DNA of 64,000 nucleotides from Botryllus schlosseri (lineage: Eukaryota), in assembly GCA_051294905.1 (NCBI GenBank), contig CM119372.1, positions 9,116,001 to 9,180,000 on the forward strand, written 5' to 3'. Numbering within the stretch: the stretch's first letter is position 1; each line of letters starts with the position of its first letter. The position numbers were made by a program, and so were the translations under genes. This document shows, piece by piece, positions 1 to 14,500 of the stretch. Below the pieces are notes generated by a model, which had not been told where the DNA came from, did not search any database, and saw only the letters and a program-made list of their open reading frames with translations.

Positions 1-758
1 GAACTAGACGGTAGAATTGGCTAAAACTAGGTTCGATTATGCTTTGGGACAAGCCTCGACTCCTGTACGTGGTTAAAAGTGGAGCACTTGTCTATAATAG
101 AAATATCGGCGTCTTTAATCCGAGAGCTATACGTGTAATTTTGCGAAAGACATTGGCCAGGTGATGATACTCGCGCAATTTCTCTGAAAAGTAGAGATGA
201 AATTCGACTCGAACTAGACGGTAGAATTGGCTAAAACTCGGTTCGATTATGCTTTGGGACAAGCCTCGAATCCTGTACGTGGTTAAAAGTGGAGCACTTG
301 TCTATAATAGAAATATCGGCGTCTTTAATCCAAGAGCTATACGTGTAATTTTGCGAAAGACGTTGGCCATGTGATAATCGCTCGGATTCTTTTGAAACTA
401 CACTCTAATTTCAACCGGAACAAGACGGTAGAATTCGATGAAACTTAGTTCGAACATGATTCACGACAAGCTTCGACTCGTGTACGTGTCTACGTTTTGA
501 TGCCGTATCGATAATTTAAATGGTGACATCTTAAATCAGACGGCCATGTGCTAATTTTCGACAAACATTGGCGGAGTGATGATACTCGCGCAATTTCTCT
601 GAAAAGTAGAGATGAAATTCGACTCGAACTAGACGGTAGAATTGGCTAAAACTCGGTTCGATTATGCTTTGGGACAAGACTCGACTCCTGTACGTGGTTA
701 AAAGTGGAGCACTTGTCTATAATAGAAATATCGGCGTCTTTAATCCGAGAGCTATACG

Positions 759-2111
759 CAGGCCGTGTTATTTTTGGCATATGCCAAAACTGCCAAAAAT
801 AACTTATTTTTGGCATTTTTCGATTTTTATTTTCGGCAGTTTTGGCATCGTCATCTAAATAGATAGTTTCAGCCTCGAATTAGTCACAAAAACGCTTTAT
901 TTGGGCTAGTTTGTCAAAAGACACCACAAAATGTGCAGCATCCACGTATAATCAGTGCCAACAAACAATAATAAGAAAAAACCGAACGATTTCATAGGTT
1001 AATAATATCAAACGAAACCACAAAATGTGCAGTATCCATCGGAATCGGTGCCAATAAGCCAAAAAAAAAAAAAAACCTAACAAACACGCTCAACAGCTGA
1101 TTGTTACAGCTGTCGAATAGACTTAAATCGTTTGCACTGTAACAGTGCTTCCAAGCTCAGGTCAGCTTAGTTTCTCATAAATTCATTTCTCGCCCAGCGA
1201 GTCTGAGAAATATCGGCTTCAACAGTAGCCGTTGATGGAAAGAATGTTGCCAGTCATCCACAAAAGGTTTTCAGACCTTCAAAATCTTTGGAGGGCCGAA
1301 CCGGCTTCCATACATCATGAAAAGAGATCACTTCGCCAGTGCCATCGATCTCATCGCGGAAAGAATTTTCTTCCAGATCCTTTCCCAGGAGTTTCCTGTG
1401 TTGTCTCTCAACACATTCTATTTAGTAGCCCGACTATCATTTCTCCTTCAGTCTACCGATATATTTTCGGAGGACTTTTGTCACTTCAGGTGGCTTTAAT
1501 ATTACCAACTCGCATGGAAGAGTCCTGGGAAGGTTAGCTTGTTTAAGAACATTGACGCAACAAGACTGTCTGGCAAAACGAGACTATGCAGCTCAGAAAT
1601 AGCCAGACAGTTTGTTGCGTCACAATGTTCAACTCGATCACAATGCAAAAATCGTGGTTGATTTTGGAGGTTCCAGTTCCATGAGCAGAATATAATTTAT
1701 ATTTTAATAATCAGTTCTGCGGCAGCTTCTCATTGATACCCGTTTTATCAAATTTAGCGCTCGACAAGCCGGTCAAAAATGGTCGTAAAATTGCCTTTTG
1801 ACAAATGGAAAGTATGACGTAAACCAAATGCAGTCAGCCGTTCAATCTCGCTGTGCCCACACCATTTAGGACACCATGCTTTCACCCCTAATGGGTGGGC
1901 TGGACCCAGATTAAGAAACCTGCCTTTCACAAACGCTATTCTCGCTTGTAACGCGGTCCTGTTAACAGAACACCATGAACGAAATACACTATTTGGCAGG
2001 CCGTGTTATTTTTGGCATATGCCAAAAATTGCTTATTTTTGGCATTTTCAAATTTTTATTTTTGGCAGTTTTGGCATCTGGCTCCTGAAATGCCAAAAAT
2101 AACACGGCCTG
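759..2111. mobile_element. Non-autonomous hAT element inserted in the satellite (copy 1)
   Basis: TIR CAGGCCGTGTTATTTTTGGCAT / ATGCCAAAAATAACACGGCCTG; 8-bp TSD GCTATACG at 751-758 and 2112-2119; extra internal left-TIR copy at 1997. Confidence 0.93.
1130..1540 (-). pseudogene. Decayed C-terminal hAT transposase fragment (dimerisation region)
   Basis: Manual minus-strand translation gives LPRTLPCELV...SFHDVW...FEGLKTFCG*LATFFPSTATVEADISQTRWARNEFMRN*ADLSLEALLQCK. It resembles the hAT C-terminal 'P.TA.VE..FS' motif and has several stops. Confidence 0.75.
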
Positions 2112-4214
2112 GCTATACGTGTAATTTTGCGAAAGACGTTGGCCAGGTGATGATACTCGCGCAATTTCTCTGAAAAGTAGAGATGAAATTCGACTCGAAC
2201 TAGACTGTAGAATTGGCTAAAACTCGGTTCGATTATGCTTTGGGACAAGCCTCGACTCCTGAACGTGAATAAAAGTGGAGCACTTGTCTATGATAGAAAT
2301 ATCAGCGTCTTTAATCCGAGAGCTATACGTGTAATTTTGCGAAAGACGTTGGTCAGGTGATGATACTCGCGCAATTTCTCTGAAAAGTAGAGATGAAATT
2401 CGACTCGAACTAGACATTAGAATTGGCTAAAACTAGGTTCGATTATGCTTTGGGACAAGACTCGACTCCTGTACGTGGTTAAAAGTGGAGCACTTGTCTC
2501 TAATAGAAATATCGGCGTCTTTGATCCGAGAGCTATACGTGTAATTTTGCGAAAGACGTTGGCCAGGTGATGATACTCGCGCTATTTCTCTGAAAAGTAG
2601 AGATGTAATTCGACTCGAACTAGACCGTAGAATTGACTAAAACTCGGTTCGATTATGCTTTGGGACAAGCCTCGACTTCTGTACGTGGTTAAAAGTGGAG
2701 CACTTGTCTATAATAGAAATATCGGCGTCTTTAATCCGAGAGCTATACGTGTAATTTTGCGAAAGACGTTGGCCAGGTGATGATACTCGCGCTATTTCTC
2801 TGAAAAGTAGAGATGAAATTCGACTCGAACTAGACGGTAGAATTGGCGAAAACTCGGTTCGATTATGCTTTGGGACAAGCCTCGACTCCTGCACGTGGTT
2901 AAAAGTGGAGCACTTGTCTATAATAGAAATATCGGCGTCTTTAATCCGAGAGCTATACGTGTAATTTTGCGAAAGACGTTGGCCAGGTGATGATACTCGC
3001 GCAATTTCTCTGAAAAGCAGAGATGAAATTCGACTCGAACTAGACGGTAGAATTGGCTAAAACTAGGTTCGATTATGCTTTGGGACAAGACTCGACTCCT
3101 GTACGTGGTTAAAAGTGGAGCACTTGTCTATAATAGAAATATCGGCGTCTTTAATCCGAGAGCTATACGTGTAATTTTGCGAAAGACGTTGGCCAGGTGA
3201 TCATACTCGCGCTATTTCTCTGAAAAGTAGAGATGAAATTCGACTCGAACTAGACGGTAGAATTGGCGAAAACTCGGTTCGATTATGCTTTGGGACAAGC
3301 CTCGACTCCTGCACGTGGTTAAAAGTGGAGCACTTGTCTATAATAGAAATATCGGCGTCTTTAATCCGAGAGCTATACGTGTAATTTTGCGAAAGACGTT
3401 GGCCAGGTGATGATACACGCGCAATTTCTCTGAAAAGCAGAGATGAAATTCGACTCGAACTAGACGGTAGATTTGGCTAAAACTAGGTTCGATTATGCTT
3501 TGGGACAAGACTCGACTCCTGTACGTGGTTAAAAGTGGAGCACTTGTCTATAATAGAAATATCGGCGTCTTTAATCCGAGAGCTATACGTGTAATTTTGC
3601 GAAAGACGTTGGCCAGGTGATAATCGCTCGGATTCTTTTGAAACTACACTCTAATTTCAACCGGAACAAGACGGTAGAATTCGATGAAACTTAGTTCGAA
3701 CATGATTCACGACAAGCTTCGACTCGTGTACGTGTCTACGTTTTGATGCCGTATCGATAATTTAAATGGTGACATCTTAAATCAGACGGCCATGTGCTAA
3801 TTTTCGACAAACATTGGCGGAGTGATGATACTCGCGCAATTTCTCTGAAAAGTAGAGATGAAATTCGACTCGAACTAGACGGTAGAATTGGCTAAAACTC
3901 GGTTCGATTATGCTTTGGGACAAGACTCGACTCCTGTACGTGGTTAAAAGTGGAGCACTTGTCTATAATAGAAATATCGGCGTCTTTAATCCGAGAGCTA
4001 TACGTGTAATTTTGCGAAAGACGTTGGCCAGGTGATGATACTCGCGCAATTTTTCTGAAAAGTAGAGATGAAATTCGAATCGAACTAGACGGTAGTATTG
4101 GCTAAAACTCGGTTCGATTATGCTTTGGGACAAGCCTCGACTCCTGTACGTGGTTAAAAGTGGAGCACTTGTCTATAATAGAAATATCGGCGTCTTTAAT
4201 CCGAGAGCTATACG

Positions 4215-5569
4215 CAGGCCGTGTTATTTTTGGCATATGCCAAAACTGCCAAAAATAACTTATTTTTGGCATTTTTCGATTTTTATTTTCGGCAGTTTTG
4301 GCATCGTCATCTAAATAGATAGTTTCAGCCTCGAATTAGTCACAAAAACGCTTTATTTGGGCTAGTTTGTCAAAAGACACCACAAAATGTGCAGCATCCA
4401 CGTATAATCAGTGCCAACAAACAATAATAAGAAGAAAAAACCGAACGATTTCATAGGTTAATAATATCAAACGAAACCACAAAATGTGCAGTATCCATCG
4501 GAATCGGTGCCAATAAGCCAAAAAAAAAAAAAACCTAACAAACACGCTCAACAGCTGATTGTTACAGCTGTCGAATAGACTTAAATCGTTTGCACTGTAA
4601 CAGTGCTTCCAAGCTCAGGTCAGCTTAGTTTCTCATAAATTCATTTCTCGCCCAGCGAGTCTGAGAAATATCGGCTTCAACAGTAGCCGTTGATGGAAAG
4701 AATGTTGCCAGTCATCCACAAAAGGTTTTCAGACCTTCAAAATCTTTGGAGGGCCGAACCGGCTTCCATACATCATGAAAAGAGATCACTTCGCCAGTGC
4801 CATCGCTCTCATCGCGGAAAGAATTTTCTTCCAGATCCTTTCCCAGGAGTTTCCTGTGTTGTCTCTCAACACATTCTATTTAGTAGCCCGACTATCATTT
4901 CTCCTTCAGTCTACCGATATATTTTCGGAGGACTTTTGTCACTTCAGGTGGCTTTAATATTACCAACTCGCATGGAAGAGTCCTGGGAAGGTTAGCTTGT
5001 TTAAGAACATTGACGCAACAAGACTGTCTGGCAAAACGAGACTATGCAGCTCAGAAATAGCCAGACAGTTTGTTGCGTCACAATGTTCAACTCGATCACA
5101 ATGCAAAAATCGTGGTTGATTTTGGAGGTTCCAGTTCCATGAGCAGAATATAATTTATATTTTAATAATCAGTTCTGCGGCAGCTTCTCATTGATACCCG
5201 TTTTATCAAATTTAGCGCTCGACAAGCCGGTCAAAAATGGTCGTAAAATTGCCTTTTGACAAATGGAAAGTATGACGTAAACCAAATGCAGTCAGCCGTT
5301 CAATCTCGCTGTGCCCACACCATTTAGGACACCATGCTTTCACCCCTAATGGGTGGGCTGGACCCAGATTAAGAAACCTGCCTTTCACAAACGCTATTCT
5401 CGCTTGTAACGCGGTCCTGTTAACAGAACACCATGAACGAAATACACTATTTGGCAGGCCGTGTTATTTTTGGCATATGCCAAAAATTGCTTATTTTTGG
5501 CATTTTCAAATTTTTATTTTTGGCAGTTTTGGCATCTGGCTCCTGAAATGCCAAAAATAACACGGCCTG
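4215..5569. mobile_element. Non-autonomous hAT element inserted in the satellite (copy 2)
   Basis: Near-identical to 759-2111, with the same TIRs, the same TSD GCTATACG (4207-4214, 5570-5577) and the same position in the monomer. Confidence 0.93.
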
Positions 5570-8500
5570 GCTATACGTGTAATTTTGCGAAAGACGTTGG
5601 CCAGGTGATGATACTCGCGCAATTTCTCTGAAAAGTAGAGATGAAATTCGACTCGAACTAGACGGTAGAATTGGCTAAAACTAGGTTCGATTATGCTTTG
5701 GGACAAGCCTCGACTTCTGTACGTGGTTAAAAGTGGAGCACTTGTCTATAATAGAAATATCGGCGTCTTTAATCCGAGAGCTATACGTGTAATTTTGCGA
5801 AAGACGTTGGCCAGGTGATGATACTCGCGCTATTTCTCTGAAAAATAGAGATGAAATTCGACTCGAACTAGACGGTAGAATTGGCGAAAACTCGGTTCGA
5901 TTATGCTTTGGGACAAGCCTCGACTCCTGCACGTGGTTAAAAGTGGAGCACTTGTCTATAATAGAAATATCGGCGTCTTTAATCCGAGAGCTATACGTGT
6001 AATTTTGCGAAAGACGTTGGCCAGGTGATGATACTCGCGCAATTTCTCTGAAAAGCAGAGATGAAATTCGACTCGAACTAGACGGTAGAATTGGCTAAAA
6101 CTAGGTTCGATTATGCTTTGGGACAAGACTCCACTCCTGTACGTGGTTAAAAGTGGAGCACTTGTCTATAATAGAAATATCGGCGTCTTTAATCCGAGAG
6201 CTATACGTGTAATTTTGCGAAAGACGTTGGCCAGGTGATAATCGCTCGGATTCTTTTGAAACTACACTCTAATTTCAACCGGAACAAGACGGTAGAATTC
6301 GATGAAACTTAGTTCGAACATGATTCACGACAAGCTTCGACTCGTGTACGTGTCTACGTTTTGATGCCGTATCGATAATTTAAATGGTGACATCTTAAAT
6401 CAGACGGCCATGTGCTAATTTTCGACAAACATTGGCGGAGTGATGATACTCGCGCAATTTCTCTGAAAAGTAGAGATGAAATTCGACTCGAACTAGACGG
6501 TAGAATTGGCTAAAACTCGGTTCGATTATGCTTTGGGACAAGACTCGACTCCTGTACGTGGTTAAAAGTGGAGCACTTGTCTATAATAGAAATATCGGCG
6601 TCTTTAATCCGAGAGCTATACGTGTAATTTTGCGAAAGACGTTGGCCAGGTGATCATACTCGCGCAATTTTTCTGAAAAGTAGAGATGAAATTCGACTCG
6701 AACTAGACGGTAGAATTGGCTAAATCTCGGTTCGATTATGCTTTGGGACAAGACTCGACTCCTGTACGTGGTTAAAAGTGGAGCACTTGTCTATAATAGA
6801 AATATCGGCGTCTTTGATCCGAGAGCTATACGTGTAATTTTGCGAAAGACGTTAGCCATGGTGATGATACTCGCGCAATTTCTCTGAAAAGTAGAGATGA
6901 AATTCGACTCGAACTAGACGGTAGAATTGGCTAAAACTAGGTTCGATTATGCTTTGGGACAAGACTCGACTCCTGTACGTGGTTAAAAGTGGAGCACTTG
7001 TATATAATAGAAATATCGGCGTCTTTAATCCGAGAGCTATACGTGTAATTTTGCGAAAGACGTTGGCCAGGTGATGATACTCGCGCAATTTCTCTGAAAA
7101 GTAGAGATGAAATTCGACTCGAACTAGACGGTAGAATTGGCTAAAACTCGGTTCGATTATGCTTTGGGACAAGCCTCGACTCCTGTACGTGGTTAAAAGT
7201 GGAGCACTTGTCTATAATAGAAATATCGGCGTCTTTAATCCGAGAGCTATACGTGTAATTTTGCGAAAGACGTTGGCCAGGTGATGATACTCGCGCAATT
7301 TCTCTGAAAAGTAGAGATGAAATTCGACTCGTACTAGACGGTAGAATTGGCTAAAACTAGGTTCGATTATGCTTTGGGACAAGACTCGACTCCTGTACGT
7401 GGTTAAAAGTGGAGCACTTGTATATAAAAGAAATATCGGCGTCTTTAATCCGAGAGCTATACGTGTAATTATGCGAAAGACGTTGGCCAGGTGATGATAC
7501 TCGCGCAATTTCTCTGAAAAGTAGAGATGAAATTCGACTCGAACTAGACGGTAGAATTGGCTAAAACTCGGTTCGATTATGCTTTGGGACAAGCCTCGAC
7601 TCCTGTACGTGGTTAAAAGTGGAGCACTTGTCTATAATAGAAATATCGGCGTCTTTAATCCGAGAGCTATACGTGTACTTTTGCGAAAGACGTTGGCCAG
7701 GTGATGATACTCGCGCAATTTCTCTGAAAAGTAGAGATGAAATTCGACTCGAACTAGACGGTAGAATTGGCTAAAACTCGGTTCGATTATGCTTTGGGAC
7801 AAGCCTCGAAGCCTGTACGTGGTTAAAAGTGGAGCACTTGTCTATAATAGAAATATCGGCGTCTTTAATCCAAGAGCTATGCGTGTAATTTTGCGAAAGA
7901 CGTTGGCCAGGTGATGATACTCGCGCAATTTCTCTGAAAAGTAGAGATGAAATTCGACTCGAACTAGACTGTAGAATTGGCTAAAACTCGGTTCGATTAT
8001 GCTTTGGGACAAGCCTCGACTCCTGAACGTGAATAAAAGTGGAGCACTTGTCTATGATAGAAATATCAGCGTCTTTAATCCGAGAGCTATACGTGTAATT
8101 TTGCGAAAGACGTTGGTCAGGTGATGATACTCGCGCAATTTCTCTGAAAAGTAGAGATGAAATTCGACTCGAACTAGACATTAGAATTGGCTAAAACTAG
8201 GTTCGATTATGCTTTGGGACAAGACTCGACTCCTGTACGTGGTTAAAAGTGGAGCACTTGTCTCTAATAGAAATATCGGCGTCTTTAATCCGAGAGCTAT
8301 ACGTGTAATTTTGCGAAAGACGTTAACCCGGTGATGATACTCGCGCAATTTCTCTGAAAAGTAGAGATGAAATTCGACTCGAACTAGACGGTAGAATTGG
8401 CTAAAACTCGGTTCGATTATGCTTTGGGACAAGCCTCGACTTCTGTACGTGGTTAAAAGTGGAGCACTTGTCTACAATAGAAATATCGGCGTCTTTAATC

Positions 8501-11500
8501 CGAGAGCTATACGTGTAATTTTGCGAAAGACGTTGGCCAGGTGATGATACTCGCGCTATTTCTCTGAAAAGTAGAGATGAAATTCGACTCGAACTAGACG
8601 GTAGAATTGGCGAAAACTCGGTTCGATTATGCTTTGGGACAAGCCTCGACTCCTGCACGTGGTTAAAAGTGGAGCACTTGTCTATAATAGAAATATCGGC
8701 GTCTTTTATCCGAGAGCTATACGTGTAATTTTGCGAAAGACGTTGGCCAGGTGATGATACTCGCGCAATTTCTCTGAAAAGCAGAGATGAAATTCGACTC
8801 GAACTAGACGGTAGAATTGGCTAAAACTAGGTTCGATTATGCTTTGGGACAAGCCTCGACTCCTGTACGTGGTTAAAAGTGGAGCACTTGTCTATAATAG
8901 AAATATCGGCGTCTTTAATCCGAGAGCTATACGTGTAATTTTGCGAAAGACGTTGGCCAGGTGATAATCGCTCGGATTCTTTTGAAACTACACTCTAATT
9001 TCAACCGGAACAAGACGGTAGAATTCGATGAAACTTAGTTCGAACATGATTCACGACAAGCTTCGACTCGTGTACGTGTTTACGTTTTGATGCCGTATCG
9101 ATAATTTAAATGGTGACATCTTAAATCAGACGGCCATGTGCTAATTTTCGACAAACATTGGCGGAGTGATGATACTCGCGCAATTTCTCTGAAAAGTAGA
9201 GATGAAATTCGACTCGAACTAGACGGTAGAATTGGCTAAAACTCGGTTCGATTATGCTTTGGGACAAGACTCGACTCCTGTACGTGGTTAAAAGTGGAGC
9301 ACTTGTCTATAATAGAAATATCGGCGTCTTTAATCCGAGAGCTATACGTGTAATTTTGCGAAAGACGTTGGCCAGGTGATGATACTCGCGCAATTTTTCT
9401 GAAAAGTAGAGATGAAATTCGACTCGAACTAGACGGTAGAATTGGCTAAATCTCGGTTCGATTATGCTTTGGGACAAGACTCGACTCCTGTACGTGGTTA
9501 AAAGTGGAGCACTTGTCTATAATAGAAATATCGGCGTCTTTGATCCGAGAGCTATACGTGTAATTTTGCGAAAGACGTTAGCCATGGTGATGATACTCGC
9601 GCAATTTCTCTGAAAAGTAGAGATGAAATTCGACTCGAACTAGACGGTAGAATTGGCTAAAACTAGGTTCGATTATGCTTTGGGACAAGCCTCGACTCCT
9701 GTACGTGGTTAAAAGTGGAGCACTTGTATATAATAGAAATATCGGCGTCTTTAATCCGAGAGCTATACGTGTAATTTTGCGAAAGACGTTGGCCAGGTGA
9801 TGATACTCGCGCAATTTCTCTGAAAAGTAGAGATGAAATTCGACTCGAACTAGACGGTAGAATTGGCTAAAACTCGGTTCGATTATGCTTTGAGACAAGC
9901 CTCGACTCCTGTACGTGGTTAAAAGTGGAGCACTTGTCTATAATAGAAATATCGGCGTCTTTAATCCGAGAGCTATACGTGTAATTTTGCGAAAGACGTT
10001 GGCCAGGTGATGATACTCGCGCAATTTCTCTGAAAAGTAGAGATGAAATTCGACTCGTACTAGACGGTAGAATTGGCTAAAACTAGGTTCGATTATGCTT
10101 TGGGACAAGACTCGACTCCTGTACGTGGTTAAAAGTGGAGCACTTGTATATAAAAGAAATATCGGCGTCTTTAATCCGAGAGCTATACGTGTAATTTTGC
10201 GAAAGACGTTGGCCAGGTGATGATACTCGCGCAATTTCTCTGAAAAGTAGAGATGAAATTCGACTCGAACTAGACGGTAGAATTGGCTAAAACTCGGTTC
10301 GATTATGCTTTGGGACAAGCCTCGACTCCTGTACGTGGTTAAAAGTGGAGCACTTGTCTATCTTAGAAATATAGGCGTCTTTAATCCGAGAGCTATACGT
10401 GTACTTTTGCGAAAGACGTTGGCCAGGTGATGATACTCGCGCAATTTCTCTGAAAAGTAGAGATGAAATTCGACTCGAACTAGACGGTAGAATTGGCTAA
10501 AACTCGGTTCGATTATGCTTTGGGACAAGCCTCGAAGCCTGTACGTGGTTAAAAGTGGAGCACTTGTCTATAATAGAAATATCGGCGTCTTCAATCCAAG
10601 AGCTATACGTGTAATTTTGCGAAAGACGTTGGCCAGGTGATGATACTCGCGCAATTTCTCTGAAAAGTAGAGATGAAATTCGACTCGAACTAGACTGTAG
10701 AATTGGCTAAAACTCGGTTCGATTATGCTTTGGGACAAGCCTCGACTCCTGAACGTGAATAAAAGTGGAGCACTTGTCTATGATAGAAATATCAGCGTCT
10801 TTAATCCGAGAGCTATACGTGTGATTTTGCGAAAGACGTTGGTCAGGTGATGATACTCGCGCAATTTCTCTGAAAAGTAGAGATGAAATTCGACTCGAAC
10901 TAGACATTAGAATTGGCTAAAACTAGGTTCGATTATGCTTTGGGACAAGACTCGACTCCTGTACGTGGTTAAAAGTGGAGCACTTGTCTCTAATAGAAAT
11001 ATCGGCGTCTTTAATCCGAGAGCTATACGTGTAATTTTGCGAAAGACGTTAACCCGGTGATGATACTCGCGCAATTTCTCTGAAAAGTAGAGATGAAATT
11101 CGACTCGAACTAGACGGTAGAATTGGCTAAAACTCGGTTCGATTATGCTTTGGGACAAGCCTCGACTTCTGTACGTGGTTAAAAGTGGAGCACTTGTCTA
11201 TAATAGAAATATCGGCGTCTTTAATCCGAGAGCTATACGTGTAATTTTGCGAAAGACGTTGGCCAGGTGATGATACTCGCGCTATTTCTCTGAAAAGTAG
11301 AGATGAAATTCGACTCGAACTAGACGGTAGAATTGGCGAAAACTCGGTTCGATTATGCTTTGGGACAAGCCTCGACTCCTGCACGTGGTTAAAAGTGGAG
11401 CACTTGTCTATAATAGAAATATCGGCGTCTTTTATCCGAGAGCTATACGTGTAATTTTGCGAAAGACGTTGGCCAGGTGATGATACTCGCGCAATTTCTC

Positions 11501-14500
11501 TGAAAAGCAGAGATGAAATTCGACTCGAACTAGACGGTAGAATTGGCTAAAACTAGGTTCGATTATGCTTTGGGACAAGACTCGACTCCTGTACGTGGTT
11601 AAAAGTGGAGCACTTGTCTATAATAGAAATATCGGCGTCTTTAATCCGAGAGCTATACGTGTAATTTTGCGAAAGACGTTGGCCAGGTGATAATCGCTCG
11701 GATTCTTTTGAAACTACACTCTAATTTCAACCGGAACAAGACGGTAGAATTCGATGAAACTTAGTTCGAACATGATTCACGACAAGCTTCGACTCGTGTA
11801 CGTGTTTACGTTTTGATGCCGTATCGATAATTTAAATGGTGACATCTTAAATCAGACGGCCATGTGCTAATTTTCGACAAACATTGGCGGAGTGATGATA
11901 CTCGCGCAATTTCTCTGAAAAGTAGAGATGAAATTCGACTCGAACTAGACGGTAGAATTGGCTAAAACTCGGTTCGATTATGCTTTGGGACAAGACTCGA
12001 CTCCTGTACGTGGTTAAAAGTGGAGCACTTGTCTATAATAGAAATATCGGCGTCTTTAATCCGAGAGCTATACGTGTAATTTTGCGAAAGACGTTGGCCA
12101 GGTGATGATACTCGCGCAATTTTTCTGAAAAGTAGAGATGAAATTCGACTCGTACTAGACGGTAGAATTGGCTAAAACTAGGTTCGATTATGCTTTGGGA
12201 CAAGACTCGACTCCTGTACGTGGTTAAAAGTGGAGCACTTGTATATAAAAGAAATATCGGCGTCTTTAATCCGAGAGCTATACGTGTAATTTTGCGAAAG
12301 ACGTTGGCCAGGTGATGATACTCGCGCAATTTCTCTGAAAAGTAGAGATGAAATTCGACTCGAACTAGACGGTAGAATTGGCTAAAACTCGGTTCGATTA
12401 TGCTTTGGGACAAGCCTCGACTCCTGTACGTGGTTAAAAGTGGAGCACTTGTCTATCTTAGAAATATCGGCGTCTTTAATCCGAGAGCTATACGTGTACT
12501 TTTGCGAAAGACGTTGGCCAGGTGATGATACTCGCGCAATTTCTCTGAAAAGTAGAGATGAAATTCGACTCGAACTAGACGGTAGAATTGGCTAAAACTC
12601 GGTTCGATTATGCTTTGGGACAAGCCTCGAAGCCTGTACGTGGTTAAAAGTGGAGCACTTGTCTATAATAGAAATATCGGCGTCTTTAATCCAAGAGCTA
12701 TACGTGTAATTTTGCGAAAGACGTTGGCCAGGTGATGATACTCGCGCAATTTCTCTGAAAAGTAGAGATGAAATTCGACTCGAACTAGACTGTAGAATTG
12801 GCTAAAACTCGGTTCGATTATGCTTTGGGACAAGCCTCGACTCCTGAACGTGAATAAAAGTGGAGCACTTGTCTATGATAGAAATATCAGCGTCTTTAAT
12901 CCGAGAGCTATACGTGTGATTTTGCGAAAGACGTTGGTCAGGTGATGATACTCGCGCAATTTCTCTGAAAAGTAGAGATGAAATTCGACTCGAACTAGAC
13001 ATTAGAATTGGCTAAAACTAGGTTCGATTATGCTTTGGGACAAGACTCGACTCCTGTACGTGGTTAAAAGTGGAGCACTTGTCTCTAATAGAAATATCGG
13101 CGTCTTTAATCCGAGAGCTATACGTGTAATTTTGCGAAAGACGTTAACCCGGTGATGATACTCGCGCAATTTCTCTGAAAAGTAGAGATGAAATTCGACT
13201 CGAACTAGACGGTAGAATTGGCTAAAACTCGGTTCGATTATGCTTTGGGACAAGCCTCGACTTCTGTACGTGGTTAAAAGTGGAGCACTTGTCTATAATA
13301 GAAATATCGGCGTCTTTAATCCGAGAGCTATACGTGTAATTTTGCGAAAGACGTTGGCCAGGTGATGATACTCGCGCTATTTCTCTGAAAAGTAGAGATG
13401 AAATTCGACTCGAACTAGACGGTAGAATTGGCGAAAACTCGGTTCGATTATGCTTTGGGACAAGCCTCGACTCCTGCACGTGGTTAAAAGTGGAGCACTT
13501 GTCTATAATAGAAATATCGGCGTCTTTAATCCGAGAGCTATACGTGTAATTTTGCGAAAGACGTTGGCCAGGTGATAATCGCTCGGATTCTTTTGAAACT
13601 ACACTCTAATTTCAACCGGAACAAGACGGTAGAATTCGATGAAACTTAGTTCGAACATGATTCACGACAAGCTTCGACTCGTGTACGTGTTTACGTTTTG
13701 ATGCCGTATCGATAATTTAAATGGTGACATCTTAAATCAGACGGCCATGTGCTAATTTTCGACAAACATTGGCGGAGTGATGATACTCGCGCAATTTCTC
13801 TGAAAAGTAGAGATGAAATTCGACTCGAACTAGACGGTAGAATTGGCTAAAACTCGGTTCGATTATGCTTTGGGACAAGACTCGACTCCTGTACGTGGTT
13901 AAAAGTGGAGCACTTGTCTATAATAGAAATATCGGCGTCTTTAATCCGAGAGCTATACGTGTAATTTTGCGAAAGACGTTGGCCAGGTGATGATACTCGC
14001 GCAATTTTTCTGAAAAGTAGAGATGAAATTCGACTCGAACTAGACGGTAGAATTGGCTAAATCTCGGTTCGATTATGCTTTGGGACAAGACTCGACTCCT
14101 GTACGTGGTTAAAAGTGGAGCACTTGTCTATAATAGAAATATCGGCGTCTTTAATCCGAGAGCTATACGTGTAATTTTGCGAAAGACGTTAGCCATGGTG
14201 ATGATACTCGCGCAATTTCTCTGAAAAGTAGAGATGAAATTCGACTCGAACTAGACGGTGGAATTGGCTAAAACTAGGTTCGATTATGCTTTGGGACAAG
14301 ACTCGACTCCTGTACGTGGTTAAAAGTGGAGCACTTGTATATAATAGAGATATCGGCGTCTTTAATCCGAGAGCTATACGTGTAATTTTGCGAAAGACGT
14401 TGGCCAGGTGATGATACTCGCGCAATTTCTCTGAAAAGTAGAGATGAAATTCGACTCGAACTAGACGGTACAATTGGCTAAAACTCGGTTCGATTATGCT

